The translations under genes were made by a program, and so were the position numbers. A DNA stretch of 64,000 nt from Azolla caroliniana (lineage: Eukaryota > Plantae > Polypodiophyta): contig JBHGNT010000010.1 in the NCBI GenBank assembly GCA_043228905.1, positions 21,700,001 to 21,764,000 on the forward strand, in the 5' to 3' direction. Positions 30,408 through 43,200 of the stretch are shown here, in pieces (positions within the stretch are counted from its first letter, which is position 1; the number at the start of each line of letters is the position of its first letter). Below the pieces are notes generated by a model, which worked only from the letters and a program-made list of their open reading frames with translations, was not told the origin of the DNA and did not search any database.

Positions 30408-33400
30408 AGCACACTCTGTCTAATAGATTGAGATTCATATGATTGTAAATTTCAATATAAAGTGAAGATTTTTCTTTCCTTAGCATTGACTTAAGAAGAA
30501 AACAGTGTTCTTTCAACCCTTGGGTTGTGGATGTGAATTTATAATGAATATAGCATCAGACCCATCACATGACACGTGAACCTGTATTCTAGGGGAATAT
30601 AAATCATTAATCATCTTATTTTACACAAACCCACTAACCTAGATTATAATGGATAATACAATACTCAAAAATAATGCAACAAAAAAGTATTACCTTGTTT
30701 TCCATTCTCCAATCTTGTGGATGATGCCAGCAAATAATGCAACCAGGTTTGAAGGTTAAAAAAGTAACATGCTCTGGAAATGCAAGACATTTTGTATGTG
30801 CTGCCACAATGCATCGATCACATCTAAGAACCTTTGATTTACTTTGATGGGTCTTGCAAGTCATACATATCTGCAAAATAATCACATGCCCGGATTTCAT
30901 TATTTCCACGAATTCAATAGCTAAATAAAGTAATTAAGCATTTGATAAGAAAGACAATAGTAAGACAACATAATTCTGTTTATGAAAAATGCACAGATCA
31001 AGATAATTGTGTATCAAAAGTTTAAACCGATAGATCTATGCAAATTTTGTAGCTACATAAATAACAAGTACTTCATCATTTGGTAAGCATGGCAAATCAA
31101 TTCCTTGCATCAAATGTTGAAACCCGTACATCAAGATAATGTTGTGAGAGTATTAACTGTAGAAAAGAGTCAGGAACGTAGCATAAACCTCTGATAATTC
31201 ATAAATTTGAGTTTTTGTGGCTGAATCCTAGAGTCTGTTTCTATCAATACAGGCATGTACAACTGCAATATTCATCAGAACTGTTCTTGATAAAAACAGG
31301 TTTCCATTTGTAATGTGCCATCTTTTTTAGCCAAAATTAATACTTACTTTAAATCTGGAAGACAAAAAAATGATCTTATCACCGGCTATGAAAAATTGCT
31401 TCAGATCTTTATGCAAAAAGGTATAATTAATGGCTCGAATATAGAGAAATCTGAGACAAAGGCATATACTTACATGTTGAGGGCATACAAGATCACCGTT
31501 CTTGCGGAAAATAAAGTCTTTGGAACCTTTTGCACAAGTAAAATGATATTTTCTTTTGCAGCCTTTATAGGAACAAAGAACCACATTAGAAGAAGGTTCA
31601 ATAAATGTTTTACACAAAAAGCATTCAACCTGCCAATGTGATATAGTAAAAGTATTAGCACCTATAGGACTCCTAGAAATGACAAAAGGTAGGATAACAA
31701 AATCAATCCAACTGCAAACCAACTATGTAGTATTAGTTTTCATGTAAATTAATCATAGGGAGAGAAATTTCAATGAGGTTTAAAATTATGAAGTGCATTA
31801 TGAAATATTTAGATTACTTATAAATAAGAGATCAGAATATTCTTTTGTGTCTCTCTCATTAATTCCATTAATATAAATATTTCAATAAAGTGCATTATAA
31901 ATATTTATATTACTTATAAAATAAGATATCAAAATATCCTTTGGTGTCTCCCTCATTAATTCCATTAATAAGCAGAATGCATCAATCCACTTGAGATTTC
32001 AGGTCTCAAAGAAAAGAAGCAATTAACTAATATTTCAAAATTGAAAAGATAGCACGCATAATGCGTAGCATTTTCATCAGGGAGAGAAATTTCAATGAGG
32101 TTTAAAATTATGAAGTGCATTGTGAAATATTTAGATTACTTATAAATAAGAGATCAGAATATTCTTTTGTGTCTCTCTCATTAATTCCATTAATATAAAT
32201 ATTTCAATAAAGTGCATTATAAATATTTATATTACTTATAAAATAAGATATCAAAATATCCTTTGGTGTCTCTCTCATTAATTCCATTAATAAGCAGAAT
32301 GCATCAATCCACTTGAGATTTCAGGTCTCAAAGAAAAGAAGCGATTAACTAGTATTTCAAAATTGAAAAGATAGCACACATAATGAATGCATAGCCTTTT
32401 CATCAGGCTAGACGGGGTCACAAAAGCGAACAAAAATCTAAGATATTGCAAAAACTTCTCTAGCAGTTGCAACATCACACTCTCAAGAGAACCACCAATG
32501 CATCACTTCGAGCTAAAACTTAATTTTAAATATTAGTATTTCAATAAAGCTAATATTGAGGCATTTTCTTGCTTAACTGCATATTGCGAGCTCTTTATTG
32601 ATTATCAGATATTTTCCTTGTACAGGTCAATTTTTTTTCTTTGTGGCCAATAGGGATATATCTCACATTATGATCAACATGCTTCTGACACATCAAACAA
32701 TCAGACTTTCACTTAGAAATCTTTACATTCTTGCTATGCATGTTTCTCGCCCACCATGATCATACATGGTAGAGGACCAAGGAATTCACAGCTTAAATCA
32801 GCCTCATACGAAAGAAACTTTGACTTCTCACAAAGAATGTGCATAATGTGGAGACAATGCCTCCATTATTATATTATTGGAATATCAGGGGGATATCATC
32901 ATGAAATCTCTTCAATGGCCCCATAAAATTAAAGGTCTTAAATATTTCTCCTCAATATTGTATTCATGAAAAGTGGGATAGAGGCATCAAGATGTTCAGA
33001 ACTCGTAAAGTTAGAGAGTGGGATAGAGGCATCAGTGTGTTTGAACTTCAGAATAGACCAACACAACTAGAGCTATAATCTTAGTGCTGCCCAATATATG
33101 CATACAAATTCTACCAGGTCAAAATTTGATGTCCCTCTTAGATATACTTTGCTTCCTACTAAATTAAGAATGGGTATACCAGCTTTACATGAAACACTCC
33201 AAGATACACAACAATGAAAGTAGCCTGTCTGCTGCTAGTTCTACTTCACTTCACAGAAAACAGTTTTTGATACTTATTACATATATATTTGCTATCAAAC
33301 TGAATGTTTCAGCTGTGACTGCAAGTAAGTCTTGAATCATGCTCAACATCAATTTGAAGTACTAATACTGTTATAGACTTTATCCAGATAATTCTTCTCA

Positions 33401-34101
33401 GCAAAATGGCTTGTTATTGATGACACCTAAAAATCAACTTTTTCCAATGTTTTCAATTGAATTCTTAGCACTAGAGCTTTCAGTATTATCCAAATGTATG
33501 TGGTATCACAATAACGTAAGGACTCTTGAAAACAATCGGAGTGGATGCTCATTAACAGGTTAAGCTCGCTAAATAATCATTTTCCTTTCCGTCAGTACTT
33601 ACTCAGTTATGAACCATGCAAGGGACAATGAAATAGAATATACGAGAGTATTGAAAATATAAAACATAGTTTGACAGCACCGAATGAGAGTGATAACATA
33701 TGACATACCCGCTGTTCAGATTCACCACTAAGACAAAGTCCTGGAGATATAGAGGATCCATTTTTTATTGGTTTCATCCTCCTGTTCTTAAGATATTTCT
33801 CTAGGAGTGATTTCACTAGAGCTTGCTTTGATCGATAAACTGAAAATGAGTTTTGCTTCAGGATTCTTGTCCTCTGAAAATAAGTTCTATCTCGCAAGAA
33901 TCCAACATGCAGATTTGATTCCAATTCCCTATCAAAAGTTTTTGTATTTAGTTTGGTTAGAGGGGTTGCTCCTAGCAGCGTATCTTCCCAATGAGTGGTT
34001 TGTTTTTGTAGAAGAACCCAAGCTTTGCTTAAGCATCTCTTTCTCTTCTTCTTCTTCTTCCTCTTCTGAAGTGTATCCCAATCACATTTTGCGGGTTCCA
34101 T
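26528..34101 (-). CDS. ASHR3: PHD + AWS-SET-postSET histone lysine methyltransferase (ASHR3/SDG4-like)
   Basis: Spliced translation includes VECFLC...CPQH, CWHHPQDWR, LPIPY, MSCSKSCSCEDKCRNKPFRK, CGWG, FIVEYVGE, DATFKGNASRFVNHSCHPNC, LTYDY and CCCGASNCRGYLG. The start codon (34101) is uncertain. Confidence 0.9.
28236..29625 (+). mobile_element. Degenerate 5'-truncated LINE related to the 17190-21217 element, inside an ASHR3 intron
   Basis: VPHDIIWAEMGAAPIIIEALFQ aligns with VPHDIIRAEFTLPPMLVEALFQ, and an ICRLCH-coding remnant lies at ~28770. It ends AAGACGTTAATAT followed by a CT-rich tail, like the large LINE. It contains a 153-bp tandem duplication (~29030-29342). Confidence 0.85.
29745..30097 (-). 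other. U12-type (minor spliceosome) GT-AG intron in ASHR3
   Basis: Donor GTATCCTG. Branch-like TCCATAAC ends ~9 nt before the 3' splice junction, with no long pyrimidine tract. Splicing restores the RRNIFLVK frame. Confidence 0.75.
31757..32407. repeat. Tandem duplication, ~322-bp unit x2 with internal sub-repeats (ASHR3 intron)
   Basis: AGGGAGAGAAATTTCAATGAGG... at 31757 and 32079, nearly identical. Confidence 0.92.
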
Positions 34102-37100
34102 CTGCACTTTGTTATATTTTCTCCCCTGATAACTTTGCTAGAAACAATCTCATTCCTGCTAATTCAGTTCAGGATTTGCTATCATTCTTCAGGTGTTCTT
34201 CTATCATTCCCATGTGTTTATTTTAGTGCACATTTTTGGATCATAGACCACATGCTTGGCACATCTTCGCTCACTCTGAATCAATGTTCAAAAAAACAAG
34301 AGCTAAGTAGTTTGAAGTTGCATTGATCAAAAATCACCTTAAGATTTTGAAATTGAAGGTTCAGATACATATGAAACGTTGGATTATTCCACCATTCAAT
34401 CTATTAAAATAATTAATTTCAACAAATTTAGATAATATGATTTCTACCTTTTCGTAGATTCATCTTTTAGAGCACAGCTTTGCATACATATTTCGAAAAT
34501 TGAATCCAAATGCAGGGAATCTATTTGAATTTCTTGTACAATGAATTTGTAAACTGTCTTATTCCTTTGATTTTTATGTCATAAATTTTCCAATACCTTA
34601 AGGAGCCTCATCACACAAAATTTATTGGAAATTCATAATCTACTATGTCTTTGATGAACTGCAGAATGGGGACTTTCCATTGGCCCTGGAAACTCTAAAG
34701 TTGAGACATAGCATTGAAACGGTTTGCGCTTCTTGTACAAAAAAAAAGTAAACTGTCTTATTCGTTTGTTTTTCTGTTGTAGTTTTTCCCATACAAAATC
34801 CTCATAATCTTTAATGGAAACTGTAGATTGTGAACTTCCTATATGCCCCCAGAAATCCTAAACTGTAGATTGTGAACTTTCTATATGGCCCCAGATCATT
34901 TGAATTGTATAATAAAACGGTAAAACTTACTTCTTCTTTTTCTCCTGTTGTAGTTATTTGAGTATCACATAGAGCCTTTCTTGCACAGATCGTGAGCTTC
35001 AGACTTAGAATCTAAATGAAAACTGCAAGCATAAACTTTGCATAGGTTGTCAGAAACACTAACGATAGGAGATATATGAGATATATCAGGGAAATTGATT
35101 GAATTTCTTGTTGAAAATTCTACATATGAGATGTTTGAATTTCATGTACGAGAAAATCGCCATGACTGCATTAGTAATTTGTTTTCCCTGTTGTAGTCCC
35201 TTTAGTATCTTGGGAAACAGTTTACTTTTCTTCAATGATAAAAGTAGAATAACTGCATTACTCTTTTCCTTTCTTTGCCTCGGTTCTTCTACTACCTCAG
35301 GGAATTATTTTTATTCCCCGTACAATAAAAATTCCCGAACTGTGTTCCCCTGTCATCATTTTTCTCCATCTCGTTAGCATAAAATCTAGTACATGGTGGA
35401 TGAGAATTGTGGAATATAAACTTTGCATAGGCTGCTAGAATTGTGGAAAACTGATTGTATTATGTATCTTGTAAAAAAAATTAGCAAAGTGTCTAACTCC
35501 ATTGGTTTTCTATTATCTAGAAACTTACAGGCTACTATATTTGTTATGAAAATTTGTTGATTGGACTTTGGGGAGGTCGCTGCAAACCCTGAAATATTAG
35601 AGATAGTAGGAGAGAAACTGAGTTCAATCTTACTTTTTTGTTCTTGTTTTATGTTGTCCTGGTTCTTCTTCCAGGGCAATGAAGACAATGACAGTGAAAT
35701 GATGGATGTATCCAAATTTTGTAGCCAGCTGGTGACTAAGTGAGATAAATGCGTCCAGATCTGCAGAAAAAAGAGAGGGAAAAGCACGGAATAATTCTCA
35801 GTTTACTTTCTGTTTTGAACTCTTTTGTTCTAGAAGCAACAAAAAAACCCTAAAATACTGACGTCACAGAAAAGTAGATCATCGCTCTCTGTGTGTGTCA
35901 AGGTTTTGAAGCCCTTAAACACGGAAGTGACAAAAGAAAGATCATGTCTCTCCCACTGTCTCTAGATGTAGAGAAAGACCTGTATAGAAGCAAAAGAAAC
36001 CTAAAATGCTGCTGGCCTGACTGAAAGGTAGACCATCGCTTTCGTTCTCTGTGTATCCTCCATTCTCCGGGGTTGGAAAAGGCGGGCATTCAATCCGTCG
36101 CCGTAGAGCAGAGAGTGGAGAAGAGCGAGAGAGATTCCATCGCTAGAGAAAAGAGGCTTCTTCTGCTTTGGCGCCAAAACAAAAGGAAAAAGAAAAAGAG
36201 AAACCCGGTCCCCCTCGTTCGCTTTGTTTCATCGATCCATTAGCTGTTGCTGTTCCTGCTGCTTCTTCATTTTTGCTTTAAAAAGTCTTCCTCTACTTAA
36301 CGAATAACGGAGGGCTCTTTTGTGTATGGATGAATGAAATCAATGGCCTCTCCGCCATCTCTCTCTCTCTCCCTTAAAAGCACTCAATTATATTAATTGT
36401 ATGGAAAATCCACCGTGTTACACGTTACAAACGTGTCTTAGTCTCCTCTACCTATCATATGCCTTTGTCGGGACACGGACTTCCTGAAAAGCCGATAGAA
36501 AACCTAAACATGCACTTCACGAAATGATCCCCACGTGCTCTCCACGTAAGAATGCCTTTCAACTTCTTCGCATAGGCTTTCGCCCAATATCTACTATGTA
36601 TATCAAACATAACAGTATTACACCTATATTCGAATTGCGTTGCAGTCCCCCGATATTGTAAAATTTGGGAACCATATCTCCAACTCTTCACTTGGATCAT
36701 TTTGAACATACCGAGGAAAAACCCCATTGTTGAGGTCAAATAACAAGAAGTTTAATCTTGCCAAGTGTTCGATAAGTTCTTCCAAGTGATATGCACTATA
36801 TGACATTTAATGAACCTATGGGTAATGTCCTTCCAACATAATGGTGCAAAAGAAGCATGTACCTCTCTTTAAGGTTGAACCTAGTGGGAGCCCACCAATC
36901 ATGACTGTCCATATGAATACCTTTGCACAAAATGGCAAATGGGAAGAATGCCAACCACAATTGCAATATTTGCCACCACCTTGTATTTGACTTACATACA
37001 TCCCACACCTTTTAACAATATAATGATGTCATTGCATGATGATATAGTACATTTGTAGCGACAAGTGTGTACCGTCCTATAACCATTAATCCACCCAAGA

Positions 37101-38145
37101 TGCAATATTAATTTTCATTGGCAAATATCCATGCAACAGTGGTTGTAATTTCTCCTAAATAAATCCATATATTTGGGGGAGTACATAATCATTGTTTGCC
37201 ATCTTCAAACTCAAACAACCTTTGAGATTCATTATCAACCGCATCTCCCAAAACTACCTAGCTTGGTAGGCTTGGCATTATGTTGTTATGTATTGTCATC
37301 GGGCATGGGTTGTATTTCCTTAACTCGCATTGATATGGAGTTGAGATTTGCACGGCATGGTGTTGGCAATGACTCGTGCCATAAACATTGGAATGCAACG
37401 GTATCTTATTTGTCACGATGATCGAGATCTTCACGTGACGATATCTCGTTGGGCATAAACAATTCATGTAGGGATATCAAGGCATCAACGAAGACTTTAT
37501 GTTGTTAACATGATGTTGTATTAATCATAATAATTGAGGTCATATATTGTAGGTTTTCATATGTATTGCTTTTTAAGTCTTCATATTGTAGTACTTTATT
37601 GGTAGCATCGATTAAGATCGCGATAAGTAAAGAGTGGTTGGAAGCAATATGTTGGTTCATATGGTTGTGTTTTCGTTGTTTGCAAGTGATAGAAGGTTGA
37701 GATTGCCCAAAGGTGACCTCAAAACGTATTGTATCACTATCATTAATTAAAAGATAGATTTCAACATCATAAATTATAATGAAAAAAATAAAACAATTAC
37801 ATGTTTGACAGTGTAATACCATTATATTAGTATATTTATAAATGTATACATTGGATGTCTTTTGCCTTTTCACGGAATATTTTCAAAATATTCCTATGTC
37901 ATCTTACACAATATTTTTTGCGAGGATGGGCTTAGCTTTGGTAAACAATTACAAACTACTAATAGGTTGGGTTCACATGGCATGGAAACTAACTTTGTGT
38001 GATGGCCATTTGACAATAAATTAATGTAAAAACCAGAGTGTATGATGTTAGATAAAAACGGTCGATACATACTTATACAATGCCAAGTGGGGAATTTCGT
38101 TATATATTTGACCAATCATTCATAAAGCATTTTGCTTTGTGCACC

Positions 38146-38429
38146 AAATAAATCTTCATTCATGAACAAAGCCATCTTGTTTGTTAGATGTTGTTTTACA
38201 TACAAGGTGTCACTAAATTGGGAATCGAGTCACATGCCATATTCAATCAATTATACTAAAAATAAGAGTTTGTGTTACAAAGTCAACAAATAAATCTTCA
38301 TTCATGAACAAAGCCATCTTGTTTGTTAGATGTTGTTTTACATACAAGGTGTCACTAAATTGGGAATCGAGTCACATGCCATATTCAATCAATTATACTA
38401 AAAATAAGAGTTTGTGTTACAAAGTCAAC
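38146..38429. repeat. Tandem duplication, ~142 bp x2
   Basis: AAATAAATCTTCATTCATGAACAAAGCC...TTACAAAGTCAAC is repeated. Confidence 0.92.
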
Positions 38430-39918
38430 AACAACAAAAGGACGATAGCTGATTGTTCATCCTCATCAAACCTTACGACATGTTGTCATGGTGCGTGAAA
38501 CGAAATCATGGATCATACAAAAAATATTCATTTCTAGCATCTCACATTTTGTGTTTGGATTGAAAATGATTCGGTGGAATTTGTTGGGATCACATTTTCC
38601 CATGTTCCACAAGATATTAGCCTTCTTCTTCCTTTTGGACGGAAAATGATTTGGTGGAATTTGGGATCACATTTTTCCACGTTCCATTAGTTATTACCCT
38701 TCTTAGTTCAATAGAAGGGAGTATGGTGGGCTATACCAAGAGAACATAACTTCATCGCATGAGAGCCTCTATATACAGATAAAATCTCACATGGTCACAC
38801 GATGATGTGAAGGCCATCCATCCATCATAATACCCTGGAAAGATCACGAGCTGCAATGGACTACTACGTAAAAACCCTAAACCCCATAAACCCCCCCCCC
38901 CAAAACCGGGTGAAAGCTTATAAACGGGCGGACAAAAGAAAGACACGAGCGGATGAGTCAAAGTGGGCATGACGTCATCGCAGCTCACGTGCTGGCAAGC
39001 GGCAAAGGGGCACCGAGTCACGACATAAAAACAGAACGCGTTCATCGGAAAAGGACTGCGAAAGAAAGAAAGAAAGAAACAAAAGTGACGTGCTGTCTGT
39101 GTCATTCTCTGAATGACGATTGACTGTTTAATTCTTCCTGTGTTTTTTTGTTTGGTCTTCGACAGCACCTAAACCAAAGAAAAAACACAGGAAGAATTTA
39201 TTCTCCTTGCGTCTTCGACAGCACCTGTCGTTCTGTCTGGCCATGCCAAAGCTTCGAAGGAATGAATCCATGAGGAAAACAGAAAAAGCGATTGCGAACC
39301 TATAGACTCGAGACTGTTCTCCTCGCCTCCACCATCACTGATCAGCTTAGGTTCTCCTGCGTCGTAATATTGTAATATTGCATAGGAGCGTTCATTCGTG
39401 TTCGTTGCATGCGTTAAAAAGTGAAGAAGTTAATGGTGCCGATGGAGAAAGAGGAGGAGAAGTAGCCATGCGCTGAATCCTGAAGAAAGGGAAGAAACTG
39501 AAAGAGAAGAAATAGAAGAAGCAGGAACAGCAGATGAAACCGAATCAGCAGACGGAGACAAGAAAGAGATTGCTAAATACCGCCGAAACAGAAGCAGAAG
39601 CAGAAGCAGACGTGCTTCAATGTAACGGGGATGCATAGTATGCTAAGTTGAGCTTTTCCAGCAACACCAAAGAATATTTGCATGCAATGGATCTTTAAAA
39701 CGAAGAAGAATAGAGGAGGAGAAGAAGTAGACAATTGTTACGACAATGAAACAGAAGTAACAGGAAAAGATAAGAGATGCACTAATTACTGCAGAAACAG
39801 AAACAAAACAGATGCACTAATTACTGCAGAAACAGAAACAAAACAAGTAAAATCAAACGAAGAAGAAGAAGAAAAAATCAAAAGAAGAAAGAAGAAGAAA
39901 TCAGGTTTTGTTGGCACA

Positions 39919-40198
39919 ATGAGGATGCTTGTGACCATATTAAGGAAATCTTTTTCAATGTCTAGCAGAAGGGAGAATGTTTTTTCTCATGGACACATTC
40001 CGGTCAAGATCTCTTGGGATCCTAGTTCATTTTCTCTCCATAAATTGTCCTCTTTCAAAAGGCATTGGCTTCCCTCACAGGACTTTTCTCTTTCTCGTCA
40101 TGGAGATATCTCTACAGTATCTGCAAATGATCTTTCATTACCTCCTCCCCCGAATCATATCTTAATTCATAAAACGAACAATACTTTTATAAGTAAGG

Positions 40199-40242
<44 letters not shown>

Positions 40243-43200
40243 TAAGATATTCTGAGTTCTCCATATAAGATTTGTCAGTGATCAATATAAGCAATATGTC
40301 ACATATTGGTATGAATTCATTCTCTCTCCCTCTCTCCCCCTTTTTCTCTTTCCCAGTGATCAAAAAGTTCTCTAAGCAATTTTCCATCTCTCCCCAGATA
40401 CTAGAGTTCAAACAGCGCCGAAGATTAAGTTCAAGCATCGATCACAACATGATTGCTGGCCTAAAAGCTTGGCAATAATGGAAAATATCTTCTTTTGCAA
40501 TAGAGGTAGTTTGTGTAAAAGCTTACAATTCTTTTTTCTTTTAATCCTGTTAACAAGTGAATGTAGGTGCTGAAAATGGAACATTTATGGACTCCATTAG
40601 TTTTATCTCATTGACATCTAATCTCACCTCTTTCTTTGTCTTTATGTTTTTTTTACTGAAGTAGCTGATTCTTGTATTGATGAGCTGAGCCTGATCATTC
40701 CAGTCTGTGGCAAATTGTTTTTTTCCTCTCATTCTGTTCATTTAAGCCTATAGTAAAATTTGATTTTAATATAAGATATTCAGGAAAAAACCGCAATGAG
40801 AATTTCATTGTCTGCAATATTGCAACAAATTAGATGATGTAATGAATTCTCTCTTTCTCTGCAGTAATGTAGAGATGACCATTATGTATATCTCGAGTAA
40901 GTCACCGTGTTCCTATCCTCATAGGACTGAATTTCACTCGCAAATTTCATTACTTTTTATTTGTTTTAGTTGCACACGCCCACAATATTATGCAATGACT
41001 TTTCTTGTATCCTTTGCGGTTGAGATCATCAAGCTTCTTTATCAGGTTTGAATAAAAAATATCATTGCGATTATCGTAACTTTGGGGTGATTTAATTCTA
41101 AGACTAAAGAAAATATTTTATTTAAGTTCTGGTAATGGTTAAAGTTAGAATTTGATGACTAACATTGAATGTGATATCTGCCAAGTCTGAAGATTACTTT
41201 TGAACATTTTTGTTAACAGTCTTTAATATTGGTTTTGTATGCCTTTATATTATATAGACATCTGATTTCTGGAGCTTTGACCTTGCACAGCCTTTAGTTC
41301 TGATGCTGTAAACGGAGGTCATGATCATGTTGCTACCCCAGAAATCCAAGACTACAGGTACGTAGCAATTAGATGGTCTGTCTTTCAATCACTATTAACA
41401 CACTCCTAGTCTTTGCTACCTATAATTGCAAGTGGATAATATTAATTTATCTTATGTTTGGCTGTAAGTAGCATGATTCAAGTATTTTTTTTAGTCTTAA
41501 CATTGAATATAAAGTGCGGTTATAGCAACAGAAACTTTCAAATTAGGTGCATTTTACAAAATATACAATGGCATTCTGTAGCCCTTTACATTTCACGATT
41601 TTAATTTTTTTGTTACACTCTGTGCATATGGATTTTTTTTAAAGATTTGTACTCTGTTGGTGATTTGTAGAGTCTAAGTAGAAGTCTGTGTTGCATGGTA
41701 GAATTTTCTCTGTACACTTTTTGCTCATAATCGTATAACTGCAGAACAAAAACATATGGTTGAATGCTATATAAGCTGGACAATGCTCTAGATTTTCACT
41801 GCAATGATATTTCATTTACTCTATTTATGTTTCTTAGAGATTGTTAATGATAGTCTGAAGAAAACTATGTAGAAATAAGTCTGAAGCTGAAGTGTCCATA
41901 TTGCTAGAAATGTGCGTAGTGCATCATGTGGCAGTTTTTTATGCTCTAGATTTTCACTGCAATGATATTTCATTTAATATATTTATGTTTCTTAGAGATT
42001 GTTAATGATAGTCTGAAGAAAACTATATTGAAATAAGTCTGAAGCAGAAGTGTCCATATTGCTAGAAATGTGTGTAGTGCAACACATGTGGTCAGGCATG
42101 TTGCATTTTCTTATGTATTTGAAAATACAAAATGTTGCTATGCAGTCAGAGAGCTGTCACTGTAGCACTTTGGTGCAATTTTATAATCTTCTCCTTGAAG
42201 TGTAGCATGTGGGTAATGAGCTCAAGCCATGTATTGCTTGCTGAAGCTGTCCATTCTCTAGCAGACCTCGCCAATCAGGTGAGGCATTGTCAAAAGTGAG
42301 AAAGAAGATGGAGATAGTCTAGGTTTATAAGATGTGAAAGATTAAAAGCATCTTAAGATTCATTTAAGTACGTGATGACGAAACATAAACAATAAGAATC
42401 CATATGAATACATTTGTTTAGAGTGATTTCAAGTTTGCATTTTGATTTCATCTTGCAGGCCTTACTGGCATATGGTCTAATCAGTTCCAGAAGAGCACCT
42501 GATGATATGCATCCGTGTGTAATTTGTCTATCTTAATATATTATGCTGTAAAAATTGTGTTTAACTTTTTGTTCCCATGAAGCTTTTTTCTGCAATAACT
42601 TGCAAAGTCTTTCCTTCAAGAATATTTAATCCGGTGAATTGGCTGCTTGATTCCAGGTATGGATATTCAAAGGAGAGGTTTGTTTGGTCTCTCATTTCAG
42701 CTGTTGGTATCTTTTGTTTAGGGTCTGGTGCTACAATTGTTGATGGATTTTCAAACCTATGGAAGGCAGAGGTCACACAACTATTCTGTATTTATGATTC
42801 TTTAGTTTTATGTTTCCTCCACGCAGCTGCTCATTTTAGTGGAACATGTTAGTTTTGACAGCTTCCAGATAACATACATATTGCATTTATGGTTCTTGGT
42901 GGTTCCATGATAATGGAAGGTACAACTAAATTAACATGAGAGGAACGAAATTCAAGCTAAGCTTTTGTATTTTTGCTTATGAATACTACAATTTCAGGCA
43001 TTTCGTTGCTAGTTGCCCTTAGTGCTGTGCGTAAAGGAGCTACTGCAGAAGGCATGACCATGTGGGGTTACTGTTGGCATGGTCATGACCCAACGGCTGT
43101 TGCTGTTTTGATGGAGGTATAATGGAGACATGAATATATTTGGTCCTATTTTGTGAAGCTGAATACTAGTCTGCATCCTTACATTAGCCTTTACTGTTGG

